The notes under the pieces were generated by a model, which was not told the DNA's origin, made no database searches, and saw only the letters and a list, made by a program, of their open reading frames with translations. The position numbers were made by a program, and so were the translations under genes. Shown piece by piece: positions 63,991 through 64,000 of a stretch of DNA of 64,000 nucleotides (position 1 is the first letter of the stretch; the number at the start of each line of letters is the position of its first letter). Location: assembly GCA_032718475.1 (NCBI GenBank), contig JAUCBJ010002523.1, forward strand, positions 1-64,000, written 5' to 3'. The DNA comes from Nemertoderma westbladi (Eukaryota; Animalia; Xenacoelomorpha).

Positions 63991-64000
63991 CCTTCGCAGA

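Overview
AT-rich, repeat-dense eukaryotic (invertebrate-like) genomic DNA. Positions 1-11.2 kb are a 20-bp satellite with higher-order repeats. The rest is mostly nested transposable elements: one intact two-ORF LINE flanked by a 211-bp direct repeat that carries a tRNA-like head; one CR1/L2-group LINE whose 2A (StopGo) motif is split by a CACTA-type MITE and which itself interrupts a piggyBac-like transposase; a deleted BEL/Pao LTR element; RTE, BEL and gypsy-like fragments; foldback/MITE DNA; and a Helentron-like tandem array. One plausible host gene is present, an intronless Ly6/uPAR-like cell-surface protein. The most notable feature is a 340-bp tandem array at 41330-42741, bounded by an 11-bp target-site duplication. 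Each complete unit carries a minimal type-I hammerhead ribozyme in place of the anticodon arm of a tRNA-like Pol III cassette (A box, B box, T6 terminator). All family assignments are by eye, without database searches.
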